DNA of 64,000 nt. Source: Octopus sinensis (Eukaryota). The notes under the pieces are model-generated. The model saw nothing but the letters and a program-made list of their open reading frames with translations. It was not told where the DNA came from and searched no databases. The position numbers were made by a program, and so were the translations under genes. The stretch covers positions 90,210,001 to 90,274,000 of the forward strand of contig NC_042997.1 in the NCBI RefSeq assembly GCF_006345805.1, given 5' to 3'. Of this stretch, positions 35,770-49,144 are shown one piece after another. Positions within the stretch are counted from its first letter, which is position 1, and every line of letters begins with the position of its first letter.

Positions 35770-36330
35770 GGTTTTAAAGCCGGACAAAATGTTTCACAGC
35801 ATTTCTTCCGGAAGAGTTAAAATGTCACGGAGGTCAATTTTACATTTTTTCCTTTCGGAGTCTGTAAAATAAGTACCAGTTGAGTACTGGGGTCGATGTA
35901 ATCGATACCTCCTCCTCCTCCTCCTCCTCCCCCCTCCACCCCCTATATCTCAGGCCTTATGCTTATAGTAGGAAGGATTATTACCTAGTATATTTCTAGC
36001 GCATTCTCTAAGACTAAAAGAGCCGGTCGTCACTCCCGAGCGAGTATGGTTTAATGACACGTACCAGACTTTTGCTAATTGGTTTAGGTGCTTATGTAGT
36101 CAAGCGCAGACACTGACATACTCTCAGCTCTCCAATACCCTTGACTCAGTGACACCTTCAGGATGTGAAACTGAAGGATGAGAGGAAGCTACACTAGAAC
36201 TTGGTTGCTACCCATTTCCAGCTAAGTAGATTGGAGCAATGTGAACATAACTCGCTGCAGGGTCAAAGAAATGAACCCAAAACATTATGACCGTTAGCAG
36301 AACGCTCTAGCCACTAGGCTACGCGCATTC
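35770..36330. mobile_element. Decayed family D (+) and family C-like (-) SINEs
   Basis: aataagtaccagttgagtactggggtcgatgtaatcga and ctctagccactaggctacgcgc. Confidence 0.65.
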
Positions 36331-37634
36331 ACAATCTTAACATCATGTTTTCAGTAAAACAACACAGGTAATACCTACTTCTTCATTATACTTAATCATA
36401 ATTCTAGCAATTACAATTAAGACAGTATCATTTTATCGTTCTGTGTGATAGTTCCTCTGTTTTATATCCTCAAGAAAACATTTTCAAAGCAAGTAAATCA
36501 TTTAAAGAAACTTCGCTTCACAAAACTCATTATCTAAAATTAGCTGTTAACACAAACATTACTAGACGTAAGTAGCCTATTTAAATCACATGAATACTAG
36601 TTTAAAACTGACAAAACTAACTGGTGTCACTTAACGATCTGATTGTTGTTGTTGTAAAGCAATCACTTGTCTAAGATGGATACATCTTTTAGGTTCTGGA
36701 ATTACTATTTATTTAACTTCATAATATTCTTAGTTATTTTATAACTGAAAAGTAAAGAAATAATGACATAAACCTGTCGTATGATTGTTTTGTAAACATT
36801 TGCTTTTCAACACGTTTAAATAAAAAATATCAAGTAAACTTAATTCAAACGTACAATTTATACTTTGAATGAAACATTGTGTGATAGAGTAGTTAACATT
36901 GATTGAAAACCAGTACTATCTAAATTTGAAATAAATGAGTGAAAACAGAAGTAAAACGATACACCAGCTCGTATTTTACCTTTCGATAGTTCGGGATCAA
37001 GAGCCCTTTGTCAATACAAAGGAGCGTTAACTTCGAAATACTTGAGTCAAAGCTGAAGCATTTCGAGTATTTCACATAATTTTTAAAGTATTGTGGAAAG
37101 AAACATCAGATATCAGTCTGAGATACAGGAGCTTCTGACATCGTTGCTTACAACTTGGCATTGTTCTGCCATGGACTGTTCGAAGTTCTAAAATTTAAAC
37201 TTCTCACACTCAGAAGTCGTAGAAAGAAGCATGATTTTTTCGAACGCTATCACTTCAGGGAAACTGAGTCTTTGAATTAGAAGTTGTTAATGGCAACAAT
37301 ATCTATTATTTTCTCCTCAAGCCTTCTTTAAATTTAAATTAGATCATAATATGACAAACGATAGTGTGAGAGATGTCGCTTGTCTCAAGCTACAAGAATC
37401 ATATGCATGCAAACATGTCAGTTATTTCTGATATATATATATATTTATATGTATACATATATACACACACAATGCAATAACACACATATATTTGTGTGTG
37501 TGCATATATATGCACGTGTGTGTGTGTGTGTGTACGATTGTAAATATAAAAATGTTCTAAACGTATTTCAGCACAGGAATATGTAAACAAAATAATATAA
37601 ATATACATAGGCATACGCATAACTAATCTCTCCG

Positions 37635-37748
<114 letters not shown>

Positions 37749-37792
37749 GTATATGTATATATAAATACATACATATGCATAAAATATGTTTA

Positions 37793-37828
<36 letters not shown>

Positions 37829-38040
37829 GATATAAGTGTGTATATATACACCTAATTGCACAATCATACAACATATATACACACATATACATACGCACAG
37901 CCATACACAAGATCTACATGTAATCACACACATGATTGGACACATAAGTATACAACCAGCTACGGGCACATATTACAAAAACATCACCAACAAATAATAG
38001 CAGCAGCAGTAGCAACAACAATAACACAATTCCATCATGA

Positions 38041-38180
38041 GATCTATTAGCCCCATAAAAACATGGCGGCTATTTAGCCGGACAATAACCAAAATAATCG
38101 TTGGCGGCCATTACAGTCTGCCACTTTTAACAGACAATCAACATGAAATTGGCTCTAATTATCGATAATGGCGCCCGTCT
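38041..38180. promoter_or_regulatory. Candidate cis-regulatory element with clustered YY1/Pho-like sites
   Basis: AAACATGGCGGC (38058-38069), GCGGCCATTA (38103-38112) and ATAATGGCG (38165-38173), plus CCATAAAA, all in non-repetitive sequence. Confidence 0.25.
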
Positions 38181-38539
38181 CTCATCCGACCACATCTCTT
38201 TTTATCACTTTACTCTTTATTTATTTATCTTTCTGTACTTTCTCTATTACATCTCCATCCCTTTATCTCTCTCTCTCTCTCTCTCTCGTTCTTTCTTTCT
38301 CCATAATCTCAATTTTAGTTCCATGTGTGTTAATCTGCAAGTTGACATACAAATTTCCACACATACTCATACACATATACGAACAAATATACGCATATAA
38401 ATTTGGACACACTTACATACACACACATGCACACAGAGACAGACATACACACGCACACAGGTAGATATATACTTTTATCTAGTTATCTAGTTCTCTTAAT
38501 CTTTTTCCTTTTCTTTATTTATGAATCAAGCTGTCAAAA

Positions 38540-38623
<84 letters not shown>

Positions 38624-38624
38624 A

Positions 38625-38705
<81 letters not shown>

Positions 38706-38808
38706 GCCATCCATCCATCCACCCACCCACCTGTCTGTCCATATGTGTGTGTATGTATATATGTATATATATATATATATGTATATATATATTGTACATG
38801 TATGTATG

Positions 38809-38854
<46 letters not shown>

Positions 38855-38860
38855 CTTCGA
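38540..38860. repeat. (TATC)n and (TA)n microsatellites
   Basis: Directly visible. Confidence 0.95.
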
Positions 38861-39339
38861 CCTATCTACAAACGCACCTGTATACACACATTTATAGACA
38901 CCAGTATAATTCATTCTCATAAGCTACACATACACACACACCCACACAACCACAGACCACACGCACAAACACGCACATATACACTTATGCGCTTGCACAC
39001 ATCTGCATATACTTACATATATATGTACATAAAAAAACTATTGAATATATACAATAAATCAGCACATACATAAGTACAGGGTCTCATAAAACACACACAC
39101 ACACGTATACATATAAACAGTTACAGAGTAACACTCAAATATGCATACATACACACACAAGACACATAACGTCACACCTAACAGATAAACATTTACATGC
39201 ACCTCTAGTTACACACACACACACACACACACACACATCTTGCATTGTTCAAAGCTCACCCACAGATGCACCATCTCTTTCTGATTGATTACAGTTATAA
39301 CGGTTAGCATTCCTTTTATTTTACCCTCTAATCAATCGT

Positions 39340-39431
39340 CCATTATTATTATCATTATTATTATTATTATTATCATTAATATTATTATTATTATTATTAT
39401 TATTATCATCTTCATCATCATAGCCGTCATT

Positions 39432-39508
<77 letters not shown>

Positions 39509-39515
39509 CATCATT
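39340..39515. repeat. (ATT)n/(CAT)n trinucleotide tract
   Basis: Directly visible. Confidence 0.95.
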
Positions 39516-41876
39516 ATTTTCATGGATGTTGCGGTTTCATCTTTAATTATTGACAAGATGTCGAAGGTCGTCAGAGATTATGACAATGAATGAATCAATA
39601 AACTAAATAAATATATAAAGCAGAGAAGAGAGAGAGAGAGAGTGGGGGGGGAACAACTGGTGAAATATTCTACAGATTAAATACACCCGCCCGAACAACT
39701 CGACAATCTCATAAATGCCGCCATTAAGTGTTCCCTAAATTTCACACGGATTCTTTTCCTCGTTTTCCCCCTATCCTTTACTCTCACCTTCCTCAACCAT
39801 CCTCCAAAACCAAAAAGAAAAAAAAAAAAACCACTGCTCTATCTCTCTTATTTCTTCAGATTCGTTTCTTTCCATGCGCTCATCCGCCCCCCCCCCCAAA
39901 AAAAAAACAGAAAGAAAAGAGAGAGAGAAAGGGAGAGAGAGAGAGAGAGAGAGAAAGGGAGAGAGAGAGGGAGAGAGAGGTGGGGAGACTATATAGGCAA
40001 AAATCTGTTGGCGTTTTTCTTATTTTATTTATTACTTCTGGACTGGAGTGTAATGGATTTGGCGAGAGTATATGGAGCGTGTTAAAAGAGATATACAGAT
40101 AGACAAAGAGCGAGCGGAAGATAGAAATAGAGACAGATATATAAAGGAATATCTGAGAACGAGAGAGAGAGAGTGGAGAGATGTGTTAGAAGGTTCTGGT
40201 GGCGGGAAAAGAGTGGGATGTTTATTACCTTTATGTTTCCCTTATTTTTCCAACCACGGAAAGTCGTTAGAGACGCACTAAAGACTGAAGTTCCCAATAC
40301 GGTGATATATTTGCCACTCCCAAGCATTGCCTGTTAAATATCCGCAAAAATAACATTAAAAAAGAAGAAAAACCACAATAAGTCAAGTAGAAAATGTTTG
40401 AACAGAAGAACGATAGGTTGTTTTGTGTATTGTATTTATTATATTTATTGTGATAGAGTGTTATCATAATTATAGTTTTTGTTGTTATTGTCGTTGCTCT
40501 TGTGTTAGCTTTCAATCGGATGGGACATCACTGTTTACAGAAATCACAAAAAGCAAACGAAGCTACAATAAAAAAATTAATAGAAGAAAAACGTAAGAAA
40601 ACAAAAAATAAAAACCCTCCACCGCAGAAAAAAAAAAAGAAAAAAAATTGACGACATCGATGAACAGCTAAAATGGTTTTATCCGCCCGGATATAACGGG
40701 AAACGAACCGTGAAAAGGAAAAATAACATTTCTAAATGAGAGGAAAAAAATAACACAAAACAAAAGATTAATCGGTGCAAAGCTGTTAATGTGCAAGTGC
40801 ATTAGATTAAATTGGAATGGTTTCACACAATAAAAACAAGCCAAGCGTTATTGGTTGTGGAAAGTGGGGTTAGAAGACTAGCAATGCCCTCACTGTTGAC
40901 ATCATTTTATAAATACAGTTACAGCCACATCTTATAAATATAATACCCATATAATGTGACTGGCTTGGCTTCATTCAACCAGCAATCTGCTTTCCTCAAT
41001 TCTATTTCTTTTTTTCTTTTCTTTCCTTTCTTGCAGCTACGTTGTGGTAACATTAAAGGATTTACAAGACTATTTTCGGTGGTAGTGTTTGTTTCGCCTG
41101 CATTCAATCCCAATCAAGCGAGCCCCCGATTAAAAGTATTCTAATCATGATCAGTCATTTCACGGTATAAGTTATATTTAATGCCACTTGAACTTAAATG
41201 AATCGGTAAGATGTGGTATAAAGGAGATTTGGCTGCTGCTTCTCGCAAGTCGAGCAACCATGTAGAGAAGCATTCATTAGCTCGTTAAGATTGTAGGTTA
41301 TGCCAATGTAGCTCTGAACCGAGCAGATATGATTAAGGGCTAAAAGTCATTCGTCTTTGAATGTATCAAAAATTTCATCACACGGTGTGTGTGTCCCAAT
41401 TTCAAAACAGTAGGCTGCTGGATTACGCTACGATGCTCGGGAACAGCACTTTTTTCTAATGGGTATATAAATATTTATAAAATCAAAGGTAGAACAGAAA
41501 AAACACAACAAACGGAAACCGTCAAAACACAACATGCGGAAAAAAAGGACAATAGCACAACAACGGTAAACAGGACAAAACAGAGTACACGGATCATCCG
41601 CAGCAAATTGCCTCTTCAGTCGGAGTCCGGAATGTCAATGTAGTTTCTCCCACTTATCTCCGATACTACTCGAAACCGGCTGGGCCAGGGACTTAAGCTA
41701 AAAGCATTAAGCCTCTGGGCAAGGCAAACGAATGTACATATACGAAAACAAATAAGTAAACAAGAGAGGGTCTTTCGACTATCAGACGTGGGTAGTAAGT
41801 TAGCGCAAGGAAAATAGAAATGGAAAATCTTGACAGACCGGGTAGCAGGACAGAACAGAAAAGAGGCTACCCCCCC

Positions 41877-41930
<54 letters not shown>

Positions 41931-42336
41931 GGATGAATGAATTATCCTTTGTTTACCGTTACCATGAAAAATTCAATAAACAGTTACCAGGGTAGCAAAA
42001 TTCACGCAAGTAACAAGGATGTAGCGACCTATTCAAAGCTAGAAACTCTGGGTTAATGTGCACTAATTTGTGTAGTATAAGTAAATATATGGAGTTGAAC
42101 GCAGATGCTATTCAAATTCTTTTACTTTCGACATATGTTTCGAAGACAACATTGGTTTTATTCCAAAGGAATAAACGGTGTAAAATGCAATCTTCTCATC
42201 AGGAAAGAAAGAGAGCCTAATGGATTTTGTAACATTTGCAACTCTGAACTCTTCCATATTTTCTTCTCTAAGAATCACCTTGTTAACACACTTATAGAGC
42301 GATCTTACAAATGTAAGCACTGGAAGAAACATACAT

Positions 42337-42379
42337 TAGCTCATATAAGTGATTTTGCCAGTCTTTATAGTTTGAACAG

Positions 42380-42439
<60 letters not shown>

Positions 42440-42479
42440 CTGTTCAAACTATAAAGATTGGCAAAATCACTTATATGAG

Positions 42480-42482
<3 letters not shown>
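42337..42482. repeat. 146-bp palindrome: 46-bp arms around (TA)n
   Basis: Arms 42337-42382 and 42437-42482 match at 45 of 46 positions. Confidence 0.92.
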
Positions 42483-42512
<30 letters not shown>

Positions 42513-42515
<3 letters not shown>

Positions 42516-43535
42516 GGTCATCCCATAAATAATGCAGGGATGGCAATTGCATGAACTAAAAGTCGGACGAGGACGGGATAAACTACCTGCATCAAGGCAG
42601 GTAGTAATTTTACCTTATTCTTAGTCCAAGTTTTGAAGAGTTAATTTAACAATTAATTTTTTAAAGCTATAATGGAAGTGACAGAGGAGCATATCCGGCA
42701 TATTTTGCTTTATGAATTCAATAAAGGTAACAACGCAACGGAAAGTGCGTGGAATATTAATGCAGTATATAGTGATCGGACAGTAAGCGTAAGCCAGTGT
42801 CAACGGTAGTTCCAGAAATTTCGAGCCACAAACTACAGCCTAGAAGACAAGCCTAGAATCTGTAAAGTTCGACGAGAGCATCCTGCAAACCCTGGTGGAG
42901 TAAAATCCTATCGTAACTGTTGAGGAACAAGTAGAGAAGCTTGGATTTGGTCATACAACCATTCATCAACACCTGCGTACCATCGGAAAAGTCAGCAAAT
43001 TGGGTCAATGGGTTCCTCACAAACTACCCGAGTCTACTCGCGCGCAGCGTGTGAATGTGTCTTTGCTGTCACGTCCCACGAATGAAACATTTTTGGACCG
43101 AATAATGATTGGTGACGAGAAATGGATTCTCTATAAAAATGTCAAGCGCCGAGACAGTGGGTAGGGTAAGGAGAAATACTGTCACCGCAGGCCTAAGAAG
43201 GTTTTCACGGCGTTGTTATTTCTTTGGTGGAATATGAAAGGTTTAGTTCAGGAGATCTACTGCTAGCAGCTTGAGTCAGTACTGGAAGAAAAACGACCAT
43301 CTCTGGTTTCAAAACGAAAAGTGTTCTTCCATCAGGATAATGCTCGGCCACATACAGCGAGGATTGCGTTCCAAAGTGTGGAGCAGTTTGAATGGGAAAC
43401 GATGCCCCATCACTATATTCTCCAGACATTGTCCCATCTGATTATCATTTATTCCGCAGTTTTCAAAATCATTTGGACGGAAAAATATGAATTCTGTAGA
43501 CGAGATCAGAACAGGAGTATTTTTCGTCACTGACA
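42513..43535 (+). mobile_element. Decayed mariner (DD34D) with left TIR and most of the transposase
   Basis: TIR tcgggtcatcccataaataatg after TA. ATG at 42672, then MEVTEEHIRHILLYEFNKG..WVPHKL..GDEKW..HQDNARPH..SPDIVPSDYHLFRS, with stops and deletions. No right TIR seen. Confidence 0.9.
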
Positions 43536-43788
43536 AATCAGTTATGAAATTCTATTATGGTTGAGAGGCATCACTTCTTTTACTTGCTACAAGCACTGGA
43601 CAGCGGCCATGCTGGAGCATGCCTAAAAAATGGGTTTCATCAAATATATTCATCATAATACTTACTTTATGGCTATTATTTTAAAAATACCCTTTTGTAG
43701 GGAACAAAGAGCATTAGTTTCCAAGCGATGTCAAAATAAAAACAGACAATTGCACTTACACTAACTAGCTATCACACATACATAGGTG

Positions 43789-43820
<32 letters not shown>

Positions 43821-43821
43821 A

Positions 43822-43864
<43 letters not shown>

Positions 43865-43865
<1 letters not shown>

Positions 43866-44276
43866 TTTTATTCATTTACTTGTTTCAGTCATTTGATTGT
43901 AACCATGCTAGAGCACCGCCTTTTAGTTGAATAAATCGACCCCTGGACTTATTCTTTGTAAGCCTAGTATTTATTCTATCGGTCTCTATTGCCAAACCGC
44001 TAGGTTACGGGGACGTAAATACACCAACATAAACTTTGAAGCGAGGGTGGGGGACAAACACAGACACAGACACACACACACAAACACACACACATACACA
44101 CACACACACATATGTATGACGGGCTTCTTTCAGTCTCCATCTACCAAATCCACTCACAAGGCTTTGGTCTTCCCGAGGCTATAGTAGAAGATACCTGTTC
44201 AAGATGTCACGCAGTGGGACTGAGCCTGGAACCATATGATTGGGAAGCAAGCTTCTTACCACACAGCCACCCTGCA
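43865..44276 (-). mobile_element. Full-length family A SINE
   Basis: Colinear with 34415-34846. Confidence 0.9.
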
Positions 44277-44359
<83 letters not shown>

Positions 44360-44365
<6 letters not shown>

Positions 44366-44600
44366 AATACAGAATGGGACAAGAACGCAAAACATCCGGA
44401 CAACTAGGTGATACAACAAAACATCCAGATAGACGATACAAAAAAAAAAAAACAAGGACGGGTCATTCGAAGCCTTTTATCTTCAGTCAAGAACCGGATC
44501 ATCCTTGCAATTTCGGCTGATTAATCTAGAGATTGCTCCAATCTGGCCAACCCCAAGGAAAAACTAAGCTAAGAGCATTAGATTCCTTGTAAAAACGCTA
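44360..44600. mobile_element. Unclassified interspersed repeat remnant next to a TA array
   Basis: Complex sequence abutting (TA)n, with a repeated aacaaggacggg. Penelope-like origin is possible but unsupported. Confidence 0.3.
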
Positions 44601-44865
44601 CGAAACAAGGACGGGAAAACAGACGATGTTAAATACAAAATACAATAAAAAACAATAAAAATAATGATAACAGGACATAAAACCGGCGTCTTTCGACTGG
44701 GAACGAATTGAATTCAGCTGGCGTGTATGGAAAATAAGCCTTACGGCAGAGGGAAGAATATCGACGTGGCAGTGACCACAGTCAAACGCAAAAGGGCTAG
44801 CAGTCGGCCAACGATCACGTGAGAAGAGAAGAGAGAGAAAAAGAGGAACAAAGGAATTAAGGAGG

Positions 44866-44908
<43 letters not shown>

Positions 44909-45842
44909 CGAGAGAGAGTGTGTAGAAGATAGACTGAAGAATCAAGGAGTGGCGAGAAAAAAAGAGAGACATAGTGAAGTGCAAAGTAAGGAAGGCAAAG
45001 AAATGTGAGAGAGTGGGGAGATGCGGTTAATTAAATAAAAAGATAAGAATAAACCACAACGCGAGGACATAGCACATGCAAAGTATTAATCAGACGCTCA
45101 GAGAAGAAAGAGTGGCTGTTTTATATTTTGAGCATAGGACTTCTTCGGACAGGAAGGAGGCAAAAATCACTAACAGTCCATGTGTAGTTACAGTTTTAAA
45201 ATGACCGGGAATAGATGGACAAGAGAAAGTGCTTTCTGGGAGAGGGGAGTGGGAAGAATGGTTGGAATTTTCTTGTGCGTATGTGTGTGCGCACGCGCGT
45301 TTTGTGGCGTGTGTGTGTGTGTGTGTGTACCTGTGTGGTGGCGTATGTGTATCTGTGTGATAGCGTGTGGTGTTGGTGGCACGTCTGTGTGTGCGTGATA
45401 GCATGTGTATGTATGGTAACGTGTGTATGTGGCAGTAACTGAATGTCTGTACGTGGTTGCGTGTGCGTGTGGCGATAATTGTGTGTGTATGTATGTGGTG
45501 TATGGCATTAACTGTGTGTCTGTATTTTTAATTGTTTACATGTATTTGTGCTGTGTGAGTGGTCTCTGTGTATGTTAATGTCGTAGTGAGAGATCAGTAG
45601 CTATAGTGGCAGGTGTGTCTATGGGAGGTTGTGACAGTTTGTGTTTCTGCCCATATGCGAAGATGGGATGGTCAGTAATGAGTCGGGGGTAGTTTGAAGG
45701 GTGTCTGAGAGGTAGCCTGAAGCAGTCTGAAGGGTGTGTAAATGGGTGGTGTGGATATGTGTGTGTGTTGGCATATGTACGTAGATGGAGTGGGAATGCG
45801 TGTGTATGTGTGTGTGTGTGTGTGTGTCTCACTCTCTATACG

Positions 45843-45904
<62 letters not shown>

Positions 45905-45924
45905 TACATATATATATATATGTG

Positions 45925-45976
<52 letters not shown>

Positions 45977-45977
<1 letters not shown>

Positions 45978-46810
45978 CAGGCGCGTGGCTTAGTGGTTAG
46001 GGTGTCAGCACCATGATCGTAAGATTGTGGTTTCGATTCCTGGAGCGGACGACGCGCTGTGTTCTTGAGCAAAACACTTCATTTCACGTTGCTCCAGTCC
46101 ACTCAGTTGGCAAAAATGAGTAAGGCTTTAAAAGGGCGCATTTATATATATTTGTATTAACATTTATATATCTGTTACAATCTCGCGCACACACTCACCC
46201 ACAATCATACATGTACACGATTGTCAACTAATTTGGTCTCCGTCTCCTAAGTTTCTGTCGTAAAACATTGATGAGCGCGAGATTGTAACAGAGGACACCT
46301 TCCAAACATGCCGTGCAGTGTGACCGAATTCGAACTCTCGTTATTGTAAAGCAAGCCTATACACAGCCATGTCCATGGTTGTCCTCTTAGATTCTTTAAT
46401 ATCATATACAGGGGTCTGTCTCCCCAAAAATTTTATTTAACTATAAATTGGGTTTATAAAGGGAACATTTATTTTACATACATAGTTACATGCATGCAAA
46501 CATACATACAACCACAACAATTGGCACTCTGTCGGCTACGATGACGAGTGTTCCAGTTGACCCGATCAACAGAAATTAACGTGCAAATGGCTGAATACTC
46601 CACAAACATGTGTACCCTTAACGTAGTTCTCAGGGAGAATCCACAACACAGAATGTGACAAGGCTGACCCTTTGAAATGCAGGTACTACTCACTTTTGCC
46701 AGCCGGGTGAACTGCAGCAATGTGAAATAAAGTGCTTTGGTCAAAGTCACAACGCCCCGCCGGGAATCGAACTCACGGCCTTACGATTGGGAGCCTTAAT
46801 CACTAAGCTT
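45977..46810. mobile_element. Family C SINEs (+ at 45977-46135; - at ~46510-46810)
   Basis: Head ggcgcgtggcttagtggttagggtg..ggtttcgattcc and the CORE-like segment. Confidence 0.85.
46171..46292. repeat. 122-bp segment bounded by a perfect 18-bp inverted repeat
   Basis: tctgttacaatctcgcgc (46171-46188) and gcgcgagattgtaacaga (46275-46292). Confidence 0.85.
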
Positions 46811-48734
46811 TCACATACATACATACATACATACATACATACATACATACATACATACATACATGTGTGTGTGTGTGTGTGTGTTGTATGTACATGAACT
46901 CAAGGTCAGATTTTTATAAGGGAGTATTAGAGTTGTAGGTTCTCTTGATTGACATCAGTATTTTTTCACTTGTATTTTATTGATTCTGTCTTGGGAAGGA
47001 CGAAACGGGGAAGATATCATATACTGTAAAGTTATTTTAGGTCGTCGCTCTATTGTTTGTACTGTTATGTGTATGTGTCTTTCCAAAATGTATTAGAGGG
47101 TTGTGGTATGACATTCTGATAACTGGGACTCGGAAACAAGATACCGACTCAATTAGTTCCCCATTTATCCTTACTCAAAAGCGTTTGCCTCAGCTAAATA
47201 AAGAATATTAAGTGAACCCCCTCGCGCCCTAACAGTAAAAAAAGAAAAGGGAAAATATAAAAAAGGAAAAATGAGTCTAAGGGAAATAAGTATTATTTTA
47301 AATATAAGTGGTGGACAACGAAAAGCTATTAATGTTAGGACGCATCGACGTGAAAATTTATTGATTTTGTTTTGTTTTGTATCGTTTATTTTTAAATAAT
47401 TGATTAACAAGGAAGTGCATTGAAAGACAAAAGAGAATAAATTAACACGCGATAATAATCAAAGTGCATTAGTGTGTATTATTTTTAACTGATATGTATA
47501 ATGGAAACATTTTCGATGACCTTTATTCGGTGTCTAACATTTCATTGGGAAACAGCCAAAGCAAGTCGAATTGTATCAGAATAATTTGCTGGCAATGTAT
47601 TTGGCAGCAGAGTTTGGAGAAGGAATTTCCTCATCTTGATCTCTTGAACATGAGGACGAATAAATGAAGAAATATATTTATAATGGCTAGTACTATATAT
47701 TAACAAACACTAGCTGAGCCAAATTTCAACTCTCGGTTATAGTTATTTCATGAAGTAGCTGCTTATTTATATGTTCACTCACATAAACTTCGTCTTTATA
47801 ATGAAACTATTCGTATCTGAAACCGCACCAGGAACCTCTCTAGTATAACTTTCATACGCTGCCCTCCCACTCACATTTTATGTATTGAAAGGGTCATAGA
47901 TGGCTACATCCGTGTGCCTAAAGAACTAACATTGCAATGCATTGTGGGATATAGCAAATTTATTGTACAATGTAAGTTCTGACTGTCGTATCAAGCTAAG
48001 CCAATAATAATATTTCTTGGTCACATTAACTTTGGAAAGAAAACCTTTAGGATCTATTTTCATACTTTCCAAGATATTTATACTATTTAGAAAGTAAGAC
48101 TATTAATATAAAGACATTTACGACTAGGTTTTAGTCTTACTGCGATTTATTATCAATACAAATATTTGTCTTGACCAAATTTCATTGCAATGTCACGGAA
48201 ACATGTTAAAAGTTGTTTCCTTAGCTCCATAAATGTCATTGGCATAGTTCTCAGTCCATCAATAAAGAAACTGTGGATAACGTTAAGATTCCTACAGTAG
48301 TCGAACACATAATCATAAAACTTCAATATACGTAGGTGATGCAGGGACTTTAGTACCAAAGGTAGATAATGTCATAAAGAGTTGTTTTCAGAAATATTCC
48401 GTGGAAGAATCTAGTATAACAGATTGTTATTGTTTTCTGTTTATGTTGTTAATGCAGTTTTCTACATTAAGCATAATTCTTACAATGGCATTAAGAGAAT
48501 GTTGTCGGTGATAAAAAGAATTTTCTTCCTTTCTTCTTCTTTCTTTTTTTTTTTGTAATCCATCCATGCTATCAAAATATATATTCTTGTTGTTCCTAGG
48601 CAAAAAAAAAAAGAAAATGTCGATTTTTATTTATTGGGAATTATCAAAAACTCATTCCCAAATCATTCGTTTGCATCTTTCTTCTTCGCTAACAGTAATA
48701 ACTTTGGAGTAGTAGTATACTGTCAACTTAATGT

Positions 48735-48965
48735 GACAGTCCCATGAAGGGAATCACACCACTGCTATTTAGCCCTAGGAAGCATCAACAATTCCTGTCG
48801 GCCTTGACACATCTCCTGTGTCCCCATGTTTACAAGGGGGAGACAAGCACCTCCACCCAGCTAAGCCTGCATCCAGAGACTAGTTTCTGAGTCTTTGCTC
48901 GTCATCAGTCTGGAGAAGCATGGCTTGCTAGTTGGAGATGCTTGTCTAGCCTCTGTAAACATGTA
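48735..48965 (-). mobile_element. Short (~230 bp) structured element carrying a hammerhead (retrozyme-like or Penelope-derived)
   Basis: GC-richer than its flanks; positions 48825-48963 fold into a long rod with the ribozyme at its tip. No ORF or TSD seen. Confidence 0.55.
48872..48914 (-). ncRNA. Minimal type I hammerhead ribozyme motif (palindromic ACUAGU helix III)
   Basis: UCCAGA-CUGAUGA-CGAG-caaaga-CUCA-GAAA-CUAG-UC-UCUGGA. Helix I is a perfect 6 bp, the core is canonical, and the GUC site is at 48878/48877. There is a C-A mismatch at 10.1/11.1. Confidence 0.8.
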
Positions 48966-49083
48966 AGAATTCAAGTGAAATATCTTTGTTTGAGTGATAA
49001 AGGAAGCATGACCGAATCAGTTGGCAACTAGACAACTACTGGCATTCTATCACCATTTATACGCCCAACAGTACCACTTCCTT

Positions 49084-49141
<58 letters not shown>

Positions 49142-49144
49142 ATC

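Noticed and set aside
36780-37320. AT-rich non-repetitive stretch as a coding remnant (also 6600-7130, 42100-42335, 47500-48400)
   Set aside because: The frames I translated by eye gave frequent stops and no motif I recognise.
43300-43325. tggtttcaaaacg as a homeobox WFQNR codon run
   Set aside because: It lies within the mariner transposase remnant, and no flanking homeodomain residues are present.
44455-44492. CUGAAGA...GAAUGACCCGUC on the minus strand as a hammerhead
   Set aside because: It lacks the GAAA/A15.1-U16.1 geometry and has no helix I or II.
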